Origin: Chara braunii | Taxonomy: Eukaryota; Plantae; Charophyceae | NCBI GenBank assembly: GCA_003427395.1 | Contig: BFEA01000004.1 | Coordinates: 3,459,160-3,520,987, forward strand | Reading direction: 5' to 3' | DNA length: 61,828 nt | In this document: positions 12,898 through 24,782 of the stretch, in pieces | Layout of the letters: every line of letters starts with the position of its first letter | Numbering within the stretch: the stretch's first letter is position 1 | Made by a program: the position numbers and the translations under genes | Notes under the pieces: generated by a model | What the model was told of the DNA's origin: nothing | The model's database searches: none | Seen by the model: the letters and a program-made list of their open reading frames with translations, nothing else

Positions 12898-13044
12898 TAA
12901 AGCATGAAAGTAGACCTTCCCACTTGCCCTAGACATTTTGATGGTTGATACGTGATGATTGAACATTATTCTTATCGTCTGTTATATTTGGTACGTGGAT
13001 GTTGTGTGCTCAGGGCAAGTGGGGAGGTCTACTTTCATGCTTTA
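12898..13044. repeat. Foldback element with 33-bp arms
   Basis: taaagcatgaaagtagaccttcccacttgccct ... agggcaagtggggaggtctactttcatgcttta. Confidence 0.75.
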
Positions 13045-13642
13045 CAATTTTAGGTGAGGACAGGATTTAAGGGTTATTCTTGGTGAAAAAAAAAAAAAAC
13101 AGAAAAAAAAAAAAAAAGGTTTATTCTTGGCAAAGCACTTGGACTGGATTGAGGACCGAAGGGTTGGTCCGATGCTGTGCTAATTGCTAAGTGAGCTTAA
13201 AGAAAAAGGCAGGAAAAACGAAGAGGGAACGGAATAGAAGAGGTGGTATCGAGCATGGAGTGAAGGACTTGCGGAAAGGATGGGAGTGAGCATAACAGAG
13301 GGAGCGTCTACAAGGAGGGAGGAGTGGATCAATGGGCTTTGCCGGAAAAGAAGTCTTGACTCTTGACCGTGCAATTCATTCTTCAGCAGCCATCAGAGGG
13401 AGTCTACTGGCTTGGCATGAAAAGGGGCCAGTGCCCGGATAGAAAATCGGGGCGTCAAATGGTGAGAAGGCGAGGCGTACGATGAGTTGCGCGCCACTGG
13501 AAGATGGCATGTCTGGGATCTCAACGTTGCCTGCTGGAGGAGGTTGTGGTGGTGGATGGGGGCCAAGCACCAAGCTCAAGGGCATCCATGGATGTCCGTC
13601 TCTCAGCAATCCTCCCTTCCAGTGGGATTAGGAGGAGATTAG

Positions 13643-13703
<61 letters not shown>

Positions 13704-13745
13704 CGTGTGTGTGTGTGTATATATAGATATAGATATAGATGTACC

Positions 13746-13858
13746 GTCAAACAGAGCTGCTCAGTAAACCGTAGGCAGAGAGGGAGAAGAGGACAAGAAA
13801 CGAGGGCCCGCGCTGTGACAAACTGTTTCGTCGGAGTTTCGACAACTCATCAGGAGGC
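13746..13858 (-). mobile_element. Hammerhead-bearing short repeat, inverted and 5'-truncated
   Basis: Reverse complement of the 13906-14022 unit, including tttcgtcggag...actcatcagg. Followed by a + strand tail copy at 13858-13886. Confidence 0.75.
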
Positions 13859-13905
13859 CTATGGTTTACAGGCAGCCCTGTTTGACAATATATATACATA
13901 TATAT

Positions 13906-14022
13906 GAGGGTTCAGCCTCCTGATGAGTCGGTGAAACTCGGACGAAACAGTTTGTCACAGCCCCTCGTTTGTTGTCCTCTTCTCCCTCTCTGCCTACGGT
14001 TTACCGGGCAGTTCTATTTGAC
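13906..14022 (+). mobile_element. Hammerhead-bearing short repeat starting at the predicted cleavage site, within (TA)n
   Basis: GAGG-GTTCAG-CCTC CTGATGA GTCGG TGAAACT CGGAC GAAACAG...tttgac, flanked on both sides by TA repeats. Confidence 0.8.
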
Positions 14023-14567
14023 TATATATATATATATATATGGACGGACTCATTCTTGAGCCTTTTCTTATCCTCTCCTTTGCCTTCATCTTCACTCCAC
14101 ACTCCGTACTTTCCTGTCCTTTCCCTTTATCGTTCTTTGTTTGTCTGCTCTCCATCTCTCCTCCCTGTGTTTATCCCCTCCCCCTTCACTCTGCCTCTTT
14201 CTCACAGCATACAATACAAGTGGGCCGTTATAGTACATGGGGATGGGGGCAGCTCGCGCTCAACTTCATCAATGTGGCGAGCCTTGTATATATTACGAGC
14301 CTAGTCCTAAAGCTAAGTTACACACCAAAACTTCAATGAAGTACCAAATTTGTCCTAATTTCCAGGGGCCAAAAGGCCTCAGCCCTCAACCTCAGGTTTG
14401 AGCCGTGCCCCCTGTAGCAAATGGACGGAAAAAAAAAAAGGAAAAAAGGACAAACCGTACCTTACTCCTAGGGCGTACTCACACTAGGACTTTATTACTT
14501 AGTTCAGGATGTAGTTGCGGCCAGATGCGTCGAGGTCTGTGCGGCATAAATGCGCTCAAACTTCAAA

Positions 14568-15165
14568 CAGGATTGCCAGGCCGAATGTATGGAGGCCCCT
14601 AAGCTGACCCCCGAACGTTCGGGCGTTCGGGTCCCCGTTCGGGGTCCAAACCTGAAGGGGTTTGGACCCCGCAAAAAAATATTTTGGCACCTAAATACTG
14701 TTATTTTTTTTTTGAATTTTGTTTTGTGAGTTCTTTGTGATGTAAGGTATCTCCCTCTTAATTTTGAAGCCATTCTGTTGAGCCAAAAAAAAAAGAAAAA
14801 TCTCCAAAGATGGCGGTGTCAAAAACGTGCTCGCCCACTCAATAATTTCATTCTCGTTTTATTTTTTCTAATTTTCATTATTATTATTTTTTTTTAGTCT
14901 TTGATTTTTATTTCGAATTTGGTAAAGAATTTGGATGTAACGTTGAGGCAAATGTTGTTCAGTTTTATTCTTCTGCATAACTTTTTTTTTTTGCCAGATT
15001 TTCTGGAATTCTTTTTCTTTTTTTTTTTTTTACGGTCCGCTTTCGGCCGAACGGCCGAACGCGTCGAGAGGGGGTGGTGAACTTTCGGGCGTTCGGGTTC
15101 GGGTTCGGTTTCGGGTTCGGGTTCGGGTTCGGGCGCTCAGCCCATCCCGAACGCAGGCAACCCTG
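14568..15165. mobile_element. hAT-like non-autonomous DNA transposon
   Basis: TIR caggattgcc...ggcaaccctg; 8-bp flanks acttcaaa/cgttcaaa; homologous to 57624-58374. Confidence 0.75.
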
Positions 15166-15322
15166 CGTTCAAATACATTTACACCACCAGTACTTCGTAA
15201 AGTTTTGACGCTGGACCCGCTTTCCAGCAGGTGCTGCTTCCCACCAATAGATGGAGCCTCACCGGTGATGCTAGTGGTGTATATACATCATATATATATA
15301 TATATATCAGTGAGGGGATTCT

Positions 15323-15382
15323 GCAGACTGTTGAGGGTTCAGCCTCCTGATGAGTCGGTGAAACTCCGACGAAACAGTTTGT
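15323..15382 (+). ncRNA. Type III hammerhead ribozyme (intact)
   Basis: Stem III gcagactgt/acagtttgt; cleavage triplet GUU (cut after 15332); stem I GAGG/CCTC with loop GTTCAG; core CTGATGA; stem II GTCGG/CCGAC with loop TGAAACT; GAAA. Confidence 0.85.
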
Positions 15383-17086
15383 CACAGCCCCTCGTTTGTT
15401 GTNNNNNNNNNNNNNNNNNNNNNNNNNNNNNNNNNNNNNNNNNNNNNNNNNNNNNNNNNNNNNNNNNNNNNNNNNNNNNNNNNNNNNNNNNNNNNNNNNN
15501 NNNNNNNNNNNNNNNNNNNNNNNNNNNNNNNNNNNNNNNNNNNNNNNNNNNNNNNNNNNNNNNNNNNNNNNNNNNNNNNNNNNNNNNNNNNNNNNNNNNN
15601 NNNNNNNNNNNNNNNNNNNNNNNNNNNNNNNNNNNNNNNNNNNNNNNNNNNNNNNNNNNNNNNNNNNNNNNNNNNNNNNNNNNNNNNNNNNNNNNNNNNN
15701 NNNNNNNNNNNNNNNNNNNNNNNNNNNNNNNNNNNNNNNNNNNNNNNNNNNNNNNNNNNNNNNNNNNNNNNNNNNNNNNNNNNNNNNNNNNNNNNNNNNN
15801 NNATATAGTATTGCCGCTGTGCTCCCGTGCATTTGGCAAGCCTCTCTCAGCACGGCAGCCGCACTGACTCTCTTCCGATCAATGACAAGAGTTACCAACC
15901 GATTTGCGTACCCACTTGGTATAGAAACGTGACCAAATTCGTAAACTCGATTTGCGTACACGTCATCCTCCAGCTCCTTCAGTCTCATGACTTAGACTTA
16001 CCCATGACTGTCAGACAACTGAGCTGTCCAACAAAGATCGAGTTTATGAATTTGGTCACGTTTCTATACCAAGTGCTTGACCTGGATGAGGAGAAGATGG
16101 AAGGCAAGAACAAGGATAAAGTCCCAGTCCTGTTTAACCACGACTCCAATCCAGACGTCTTTTGAGAGACCAGAAGTTGCATTCCCCTGAGCCCAAGCTC
16201 CATACTCCCGCCCTGAGGAAAAGTCATTGTGGTACCGGGCCTGGGCACTGTAGATTTTGGCCCAGGGCTTGTAAGATAACCAAATGAACCAAAAAAAAAA
16301 AAAAAAGATAACGAAATGAGCAGTGCAGGGTCCGTTGGAGTTGTGGTTTTTCAGCACTTGTTTTTTTTTTTTCCCATCAGCAAGAGTGGAGTGGCCCTTC
16401 TGCTGTTGGGTCGCCGCATAGATGGTCTGCTCTGCGTTCTGCACTACGACATGACTTGTGGATGGCTGCACAGCAGTGGAGGGCTCAGTGTCAAATCAGG
16501 CAAAGGGGAGAGGACTCAGAGGAGGAGGGAAAAGGCTTAGCGGCCCTTTGATGTGTTCATGAACAAGGTCTATCGACTGTGGTCGGGGGCGAAGGACAAT
16601 CTTGTGAAAGCATATGAAGCTGGAGCCACAACAGCAGAAGCCGCGTCTTCATTCTCTTTTTCACTCTACCAACTACGAATGGCTAGATGCAAGCATTGTC
16701 AGTCCAAGGGAGAAGTCGAGTTTCGAGCGGGAAAGGGAAGTTTTGCTGCTCGACGAACAACTCCGAGTGCATAAGGAGTGGCCATCCCCAAAGCAGCTTG
16801 CACTCATGAAGGAGCAATTGGCTGAGAATGTATCCCAATTCGACAAGCAATTTGCAGGACCGGTCGAGAGGGAGGAGGAATGTGAGAGTGACCTTGAGCG
16901 CACATAGTCTGGAGACGATGTAAAAGGACAAGGACGAGGCGGCCAGGCTGCTCGCTGAAATCATAAAAACGAGGGAGTCGGTATCAGAGAGTGGCCGTTG
17001 AACAGGTGAACAATAGGAAAAAAATGAGGTCGCGGGGTAAATGACGAGGGAGTCGAGGGTTACTTCTGCTTTCAACCTCACCACCA

Positions 17087-17198
17087 CTACCTTTGCCAGG
17101 CAACGCCGAGAATCGACAATACTGTGGCATTCCGAAGGCGGCTCCGGAATATCGCTATCGCAGCATTCTCGATTCTCCGCGTTGCCAGGCAAAGGTAG
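17087..17198. mobile_element. Divergent CTACC..GGTAG palindromic MITE
   Basis: ctacctttgccaggcaacgccgagaatcga...tcgattctccgcgttgccaggcaaaggtag; 112 bp; same termini but different arms. Confidence 0.7.
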
Positions 17199-18174
17199 TG
17201 GTGAAGCTGACAGCAGAAATGGTGGTGAAGCTGACAGCAGAAATGACCGTCAGCTCCCCTGGGAGGGGCTCTTTGAGAGGATGGATACTGACTCCTTCAG
17301 CGAGCAGCCTGGCCTCCTCCCTGTCCTCCTCCCCATCCTCCATCCAGGCAACAAAAAGATTGCCATGGTGGTGCATTTTTTGGGAGCGCGGGAGGAATCT
17401 GCATCGGCAAAAGACGCTCGAAGATAGTGGTGGATGTGAGAAAAGAGAAGACTGAAAGGATATTGCGGAAGGAGATGAAGATTCGCAGGGAGCGTGCGAA
17501 GCTGAATGAGCTCGTCTGCAAGTTGGAGAGATGAAACGTAAGGTGGTGCTTGAAACAGCCAAGCGCAGCAATGGCGGCAGCTTTGAGGTCGTTCTGTGAG
17601 AGGATGCCATGTTCGACCAAGAGTGCTTCTCAACGATATGTTGCTGAGGTTATAAACTAGTGTAAAGGAAATAAAAGAGCAAAGTTTTGTGGAAAGAGAC
17701 ACTAGTTGCCCGCAGTCCAGGCAGAGGAGAATATGTCCTTTGCACAGAAAAAAAAAATTGACGCAAGGATGGGGTCGGTTCGGTCGAATCACTGCCTGCA
17801 GGTCTGAAGAAAATGGAGGCAGACGACGAACGGGCGGTTGAGATGCATCGCACCGAGATCGTGGAGAAGGTGAAAACCAGAGAGAGGAGACGTAGGTGGA
17901 CACATTTTCGGGATGAAGAGTGACAGACCCCTCTAGAAGATAAGAGGGCCTCGATCCACTGCACAACATTCTAAATGCATCTGGAGCTGGCTATGGTCCC
18001 AATACATATCAAAATGTTCGATCAGCAGGAATGTATCTGGGGCATAAAGAGTCCAGATGGATGTGGAATGTTGTGCAGTGGAGCAATGCCCCGAGAGTAA
18101 GAAACATGCCATCACACTGCAAGATCTGGCCAATGCAAGGACAGAACTGAAGAGGCGACGGGCGACCTTGGGAA

Positions 18175-18284
18175 CTACCGTCTTCACCCGAATAGAACAC
18201 CAGTCATTACAGCTATATTCGGGGCCACGTCATGTCTAGATACAGCGATAATCACAGGGCGTTCTATTCAGATAAAGATGCTAG
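18175..18284. mobile_element. CTACC..GGTAG MITE copy (subfamily)
   Basis: ctaccgtcttcacccgaataga...tctattcagataaagatgctag. Confidence 0.7.
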
Positions 18285-18371
18285 GAGTCTGGCTCTTGTT
18301 TTCAGGAAGCACATGGATGCTAAGGACAGAAGTACTCAGCGGATGTAGCCCATCCCATAATAAGGGCCATG

Positions 18372-18699
18372 CGGACTTGACGTGGTCCCCACTGCTCGAA
18401 TCCTGAAGAAGTTACGAGGAGATTGCAAGGCAGGTCAAAGTTCCGCTTGGTCCCATTTGGGCCCATGAGTCTGGGCTATCCGGACTTGATGTGGTCCCCA
18501 CTGCTTGAATTCCGGAAGAAGTTAAGAGGAGATTGCAAGGCAGGTCAAAGTTGCGCTTGGTCCCATTTGGGCTCGAGTATGGGGAATGCGGACTTGACGT
18601 GGTCCCCACTGCTTGAATCCCGGAAGAAGTTACGTGGAGATTGCAAGGCAGGTCAAAGTTCTGCCAGGTCCCATTTGGGCCCATGAGTATGGGGAATGC
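18372..18699. repeat. Tandem repeat, ~108 bp x3
   Basis: cggacttgacgtggtccccactgct...ggtcccatttggg units start near 18372, 18480 and 18588. Confidence 0.85.
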
Positions 18700-18817
18700 T
18701 CTGTACCCGCACTTATGATGGAGGAGGGTGGTGCTGCACGAGGCGACACTCCTCTTTGCATGTCTCCAAGGGTATCACTTGCTCAGCTAAACACCACAGA
18801 AGCTGATTCTGCATTGA

Positions 18818-20495
18818 GGGCGTCGTTAGACCCTCCTTACGAGTTGCTGGCAGCGGCGTTCCGCACATCCTTGAGGACATCCCCCGAGGACGTTTCCTTG
18901 TGGCCTGCCCGCGACCATTTTCATATGAAGATATGCGGCCGTGGGCGGGGGTGTCCGTGGTCCAGCGTCCGGTGTCCGTGTGGAGACGACGTGGTCCAGC
19001 GACGTCCGGTGGAAAAGGGCATGAGGCAGGCCACGAAAAATAAAATAAAAAAGGGTGACCTGTACGTTTGAAATTCAAAATTTGAAGTACAGCTGTGGTG
19101 ACGACGACGACGACGACGTTCGGCTTGCAGCGGGCAGACGGTGCAGGGCTGAATCGGCCTTAGCGGCGGCGTCCCTTCCGCCCACCTCCTGGTCAGTGTA
19201 CGTGTGTGCACCGGGTGTGTCCATCACCGTCGAGCTTCTCCTCCACATCGTCCGCACCATCACACGCTGTTCCGCCAGGGGGCCGACATCCATGGACAGG
19301 CGGCAGCTTCTCGGACCTCTCCTCGGGGGGTGAGCGGGTTACATCTCTGGGTTGCGAGGATTGAGACGGCAGCGGAGAGACGTCATCCCTGTGGAGGTGG
19401 TGGCGATGGAGGGCGGCGGAGAGGGCGGATGTGCGCTGTTGACAGCGCTTGAGCGGGCAGCCGTGGCGCCTGCCGTGTCAACCGTCATTCTTCGTTGTCA
19501 GCAGGAGAGGGCACTGGGACGAATGAAGGAGCAGTTGTGCGCGCGTAGAAGAAGGACGCTGATGCAAGCTGCGGATGACGGCCCCGACTACGTAACAACT
19601 TCGGAGGCTGTCATTGAGCTGTGCTACACGTTGGGTTGCGGCGTCATTCCATGAACGACATGGAGGTGGTGGATCAAACGCCGGACGGGGGGAACGTGGG
19701 AAGACCTTCGACAATGCGACGATGCCATGGATGACTACTTCAACGAGAAGCAGCACAGCGCCGAGGAGCAGCAGAGGGACCACCAGAAGCAGCAAAGCAA
19801 TGAGGAGCAGCAGAGGGATCCTACGGTACAGGTCGGCCATGAACTGCATGGTGGAGAGGGCAGCAATGAGCACACGACGGCGGAGAAGGCACGAGTCTTA
19901 TCGGACGTGCAGCATGTGACGACGTGCATGGGAATACGACGCTTGTGAAGAAACCTCTTTTGTGGATGGACTGAAGGCGCCGCCGGGAAAAAAAAGAATT
20001 ACGACCGTTGATGCGGGCCGAAAACACCGCCGCCGCCCGATGGAGTCCCACCGCCAACAGTAGCCGTTTGGGGCCGTTGGGCTACGCATACGTTCCTCAA
20101 GCCCGCGAGACCGTGTGATGCCGGTCGAAAACGACGATGCCACCCGATGGAGGCCCACCGCCAACAGTAGCCGTTGGGGGACTACGCAGATGTTGGAGGG
20201 CGGGAATGTCCGTGCTAAAGCCGCTGGACTATATCTGGACCACCCAAGAACCAAAACTCTCCGTCGACGCATGTCTTCGCCACTCCGTGAATCACGGTTC
20301 CTTGAGCTCCAAGGGACCAAGGGACCTCACGAGGTCCCTTGGAGATAAGGAAATTTGGGCTGGGGCCACAAGGATGCCACAAGGAATTTTCCTCGTGGCG
20401 TTTTCACATTTCTTTTTCAATTTCGTCCCCAAGGACAGGTGGAACGAGCGCGTCCTTGTGGATTTCACGTCCCCAAGGAGTGTCTAACGACGCCC
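18818..20495. mobile_element. Internally deleted PIF/Harbinger DNA transposon
   Basis: 21-bp TIR gggcgtcgttagac(c/a)ctcctt with 1 mismatch; 3-bp flanks tga/aga; contains a transposase-like remnant. Confidence 0.75.
19450..19750 (+). pseudogene. PIF/Harbinger transposase N-terminal remnant
   Basis: ...LCYTLGCGVIP*TTWRWWIKRRTGGTWEDLRQCDDAMDDYFNEK resembles the WW-x-K-x-R...D..F N-terminal region of Harbinger transposases. Has an in-frame stop and no DDE domain. Confidence 0.55.
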
Positions 20496-20991
20496 AGAGG
20501 CAAACAAGCAAGGAAAGAGACCTCGCACTGTTTCCCCTTATTATGTCTGCAACATTTTGAGAATACACCGCCTCCTTCTAGGTAGGTTATTGACCTTCTG
20601 CCACTTCTGGTTCTATCTTGGTGGTGAGTGAGAGAAAAGGGTTGGCCAATGGCACTGACCACGGCGTCCTCATTCCCGGTTCCAAATAGGTCTTGTGACT
20701 CGGGTCCTTTTATACCAACTGGCCTAACTCAATTGTCACACCACTCAACTGTTGAAACACAGACCTGAGTTTGAACTGCACTGGAAGCAGATTAGTAAAA
20801 TATTCCACACTTCTGAATTACCTATAGGGTCGGTCAGTTCGATGATGATATCTCAAGGCCGTTGCCGGTAAAAAAAAATAAAAATAAAAAAAATGTTCTG
20901 GTGCTTTCATCTTCATGAGTACGGTCTTCCCCCAAACACAACGCGCCCGCATGATGCCTGTATCCAACCGGAGAGAGAGCTTGTATACATT

Positions 20992-21026
<35 letters not shown>

Positions 21027-22011
21027 CGTGCTTTGTGTTCTCTGGAAGAGACCGTAGCGAGGTAGAGTTCCAAGCGCTGGCAAGCTAGATGCTTTCCCCT
21101 GTGGTTGCTGGAAAATCTTCAGCAAATAATGTTAATGCCGTCTTTAGTAAGAATGGGAAGCATGAAAATTTGGATGCAGCTGAGTCTCTCGCGTTTACCA
21201 TTTTCACAAAGCAAGAGAATATGCTCACTATCGGACTTGAACCCATAACCATTTTCACCATCGGAAAATTTGGGAACAGATTTGAAGGAACAGATCTAAG
21301 TCTCTGTCGTGTTTACCATTTTCATCTGTGTTTGACGAGGCTCTGGTGTGACGGGGGGACCAGGCAGCTTATGGGCCCAGGCTACTATCGCTTTTGCAGG
21401 TGCAGTGGGCTGAATGGATTGGTTAGCAGGAAGGCTCCTGATGTTTGCATGGGATATACTGAGCCACCTTGTTTGGTCCTTGTCCTCTCCACAGAAGTGG
21501 TAGACGTATGTCTCATTTGCTCCACTTGTAGGTAACGTTAAACAACCAGTACACCCGGGGCTGAAATCTCAAACCGACGCGACCCCTGCGCGCCTGAAAT
21601 TTCCGAGCCTGCTTCGAAAGGGTACCAGTAATAGACTTGCTTTTGTGGTACTGGTACTACCACAAATGTTGAGGAATAGAATGTCGGCCTGTGGATTTCA
21701 GGGGCGGCCTACTGGTACTTTTCTTACGGCCACGGACATTCCAGCAAGTACGGATTCTTGTTGTTGTTTTCTTCGTTTTTTTTTTCTTTTTTTTTTCTTG
21801 GGTCCCCTGGCGATGCGGGCACTTCCCTCCACGTTCGTCCTCCACGCTACTCCGGCCTTCCAACCTATGATGCCTGTGATACCTCGTCCATCCACATGGC
21901 AGTGTTGGCCAGTTTCCGCCACTTACGTGACGCAGCGTATGACATGGGTGCATCGTTGCTTACATTGGCCCGGCTGCTGTGTGCAACCAACCCACCACGC
22001 GTATCCTCGTT

Positions 22012-22133
22012 GGGCCTCGCCACACCACTCTCGAAATATGGAATAGACAGTAATGTGGCGGCTGCATCTTGCCATGTTCTATCGGGGAGTTCGTCCTCAT
22101 ATTGCACATTTCGAGAGTGGTGTGGGGATGCCC
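22012..22133. mobile_element. 122-bp Tourist-like (PIF/Harbinger) MITE
   Basis: gggcctcgccacaccactctcgaaat...atttcgagagtggtgtggggatgccc; flanks gtt/att; family member of 24661-24782. Confidence 0.7.
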
Positions 22134-22584
22134 ATTCTCAGATATACAGAGAGCCAAATTTGCACATAGCAAGGGACCAATGACGGGTGTACAGTATACT
22201 CACCCTGAGATGATCAGATGAAAAAAAAAAAGAAAAAAAAAGGCGGTGTATCCCTCACTTGCTCAGCTGACTGATTCCACCGTCCGTGAAAACAAGGTCA
22301 CAGAAATGCATGTTTGATGTGAAGAAAACAAGAAAAGAAAAAAAATCCTCAACCAAACATACAGCACATTCCCCTTTTTTTTTTTTTTTTTTTTTTTTTT
22401 GGATGTCGTTCTTGTTTTTGTGGTCGTTCGTTGTCATTGGTTGACATGTCCTTTCTTTTTTTCTTTTTTTTTTCACCTTCACCACACACGGATAATGTGA
22501 GGTTGGGGCTCGCTGCTCATTCGTCCGTTGTTTTTCGGTACAACGATTGATAGCCCTTGCAGAAACAGCGCCCGCGTGTTGATC

Positions 22585-22637
<53 letters not shown>

Positions 22638-22680
22638 GTGAAGTGATGCAAGGTGGTGTCATGTGAGGTTACACGTGAGC

Positions 22681-22775
<95 letters not shown>

Positions 22776-23625
22776 NNNNNNNNNNNNNNNNNNNNNNNNN
22801 NNNNNNNNNNNNNNNNNNNNNNNNNNNNNNNNNNNNNNNNNNNNNNNNNNNNNNNNNNNNNNNNNNNNNNNNNNNNNNNNNNNNNNNNNNNNNNNNNNNN
22901 NNNNNNNNNNNNNNNNNNNNNNNNNNNNNNNNNNNNNNNNNNNNNNNNNNNNNNNNNNNNNNNNNNNNNNNNNNNNNNNNNNNNNNNNNNNNNNNNNNNN
23001 NNNNNNNNNNNNNNNNNNNNNNNNNNNNNNNNNNNNNNNNNNNNNNNNNNNNNNNNNNNNNNNNNNNNNNNNNNNNNNNNNNNNNNNNNNNNNNNNNNNN
23101 NNNNNNNNNNNNNNNNNNNNNNNNNNNNNNNNNNNNNNNNNNNNNNNNNNNNNNNNNNNNNNNNNNNNNNNNNNNNNNNNNNNNNNNNNNNNNNNNNNNN
23201 NNNNNNNNNNNNNNNNNNNNNNNNNNNNNNNNNNNNNNNNNNNNNNNNNNNNNNNNNNNNNNNNNNNNNNNNNNNNNNNNNNNNNNNNNNNNNNNNNNNN
23301 NNNNNNNNNNNNNNNNNNNNNNNNNNNNNNNNNNNNNNNNNNNNNNNNNNNNNNNNNNNNNNNNNNNNNNNNNNNNNNNNNNNNNNNNNNNNNNNNNNNN
23401 NNNNNNNNNNNNNNNNNNNNNNNNNNNNNNNNNNNNNNNNNNNNNNNNNNNNNNNNNNNNNNNNNNNNNNNNNNNNNNNNNNNNNNNNNNNNNNNNNNNN
23501 NNNNNNNNNNNNNNNNNNNNNNNNNNNNNNNNNNNNNNNNNNNNNNNNNNNNNNNNNNNNNNNNNNNNNNNNNNNNNNNNNNNNNNNNNNNNNNNNNNNN
23601 NNNNNNNNNNNNNNNNNNNNNNNNN

Positions 23626-23722
<97 letters not shown>

Positions 23723-24151
23723 GGCCCTGCCCTGGAGATGGCGAAGGCACGTGCGCAGGCTGGTAGGCTGGAAGGGCCCTGAAGGCAGGGCGCCTGGTAA
23801 TGTCCACTGCGTGTACTGAACGACAAAATGCGCATGCCGGCGGCGTCGGATTTCTTTCTTTTTTTTTCGATTTCCCCCTGGATTGGCCACGTTCCGTACA
23901 ACCGGAAGGCCGACAGTCCTTACTGGCGGCCACTGACAATAAGAAGTCTGTGTGTGGGCCCGCGTGGGCCCAATACGTTTCTACAGGCCGCCGCCAGTCG
24001 GACCCTGCACCGACCTTCCAATTTGTTGCTTGTGGCAACAAGTTTATTTGTGCTGCACGGCTCGAGTCGTGTACTGGTGGTTTAAGGGTCACTTCCTCTC
24101 CCAAAGACTTTGCCTTGCAGGCAGGCTCCCAATGTTTGCATGGGATACTGA

Positions 24152-24611
24152 GGGTGTCGTTTGACACTCCTTTTGAAATCCACAGGCAATAGGAAAAATT
24201 CCTAATGGTTCAAACGGAAATTCGGGCCGTCGTTCCACCTGTCCTTGGGGACGTTGTCCGAGGACATACGCTCTAGAGCAATGTCAGGAAAAAAAAAAAA
24301 AAACAGTTGTGCTTCAGGCCTTCAGCCAATAGGGTGCCGGCACCATCCAGATTCTCGGCTGTTACGTCTCTCTACGCGTGTGCCATCTCCTCTCCGTGAA
24401 ATGCGGATTCCTTGTGCCCACAAGGGACCTCGTGAGGTCCACGAGGTCCCTTGGCCAGTAGGAAGAAATGGCTGGGGAAAGTCCTATTGCCCAAGGAATT
24501 TCCTTGCGAGTGTTTTCAATTTTATTTTTTTTTATTGCATTCCCGAGGATAGGTGGAACGAACAATTCCTTGGGGATTTTCTGCGTCCCCGAGGAGTGTC
24601 TAACGCATCCC
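24152..24611. mobile_element. 460-bp PIF/Harbinger MITE with TGA TSD
   Basis: TIR gggtgtcgtttgacactcct / aggagtgtctaacgcatccc; TGA duplicated; paralogous empty site at about 21450-21470. Confidence 0.85.
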
Positions 24612-24660
24612 TGAGCCACGTTGTTGGTCCTTGTCCTCTCCACAGAAGTGGCAGAACTAT

Positions 24661-24782
24661 GGGCCTCGCTGCACTACTCTCGACATGCACAAAAGACAAA
24701 AATCATGGCGATGTATCTTTCCATGTTCTAGCGGAAGATTCACTCTCTTTTTGCACATTTCGAGAGTAGTGCAGCGAGGCCC
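24661..24782. mobile_element. 122-bp Tourist-like MITE with TAT TSD
   Basis: TIR gggcctcgctgcactactctcga / tcgagagtagtgcagcgaggccc; TAT duplicated; empty site at about 21500-21520. Confidence 0.9.
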
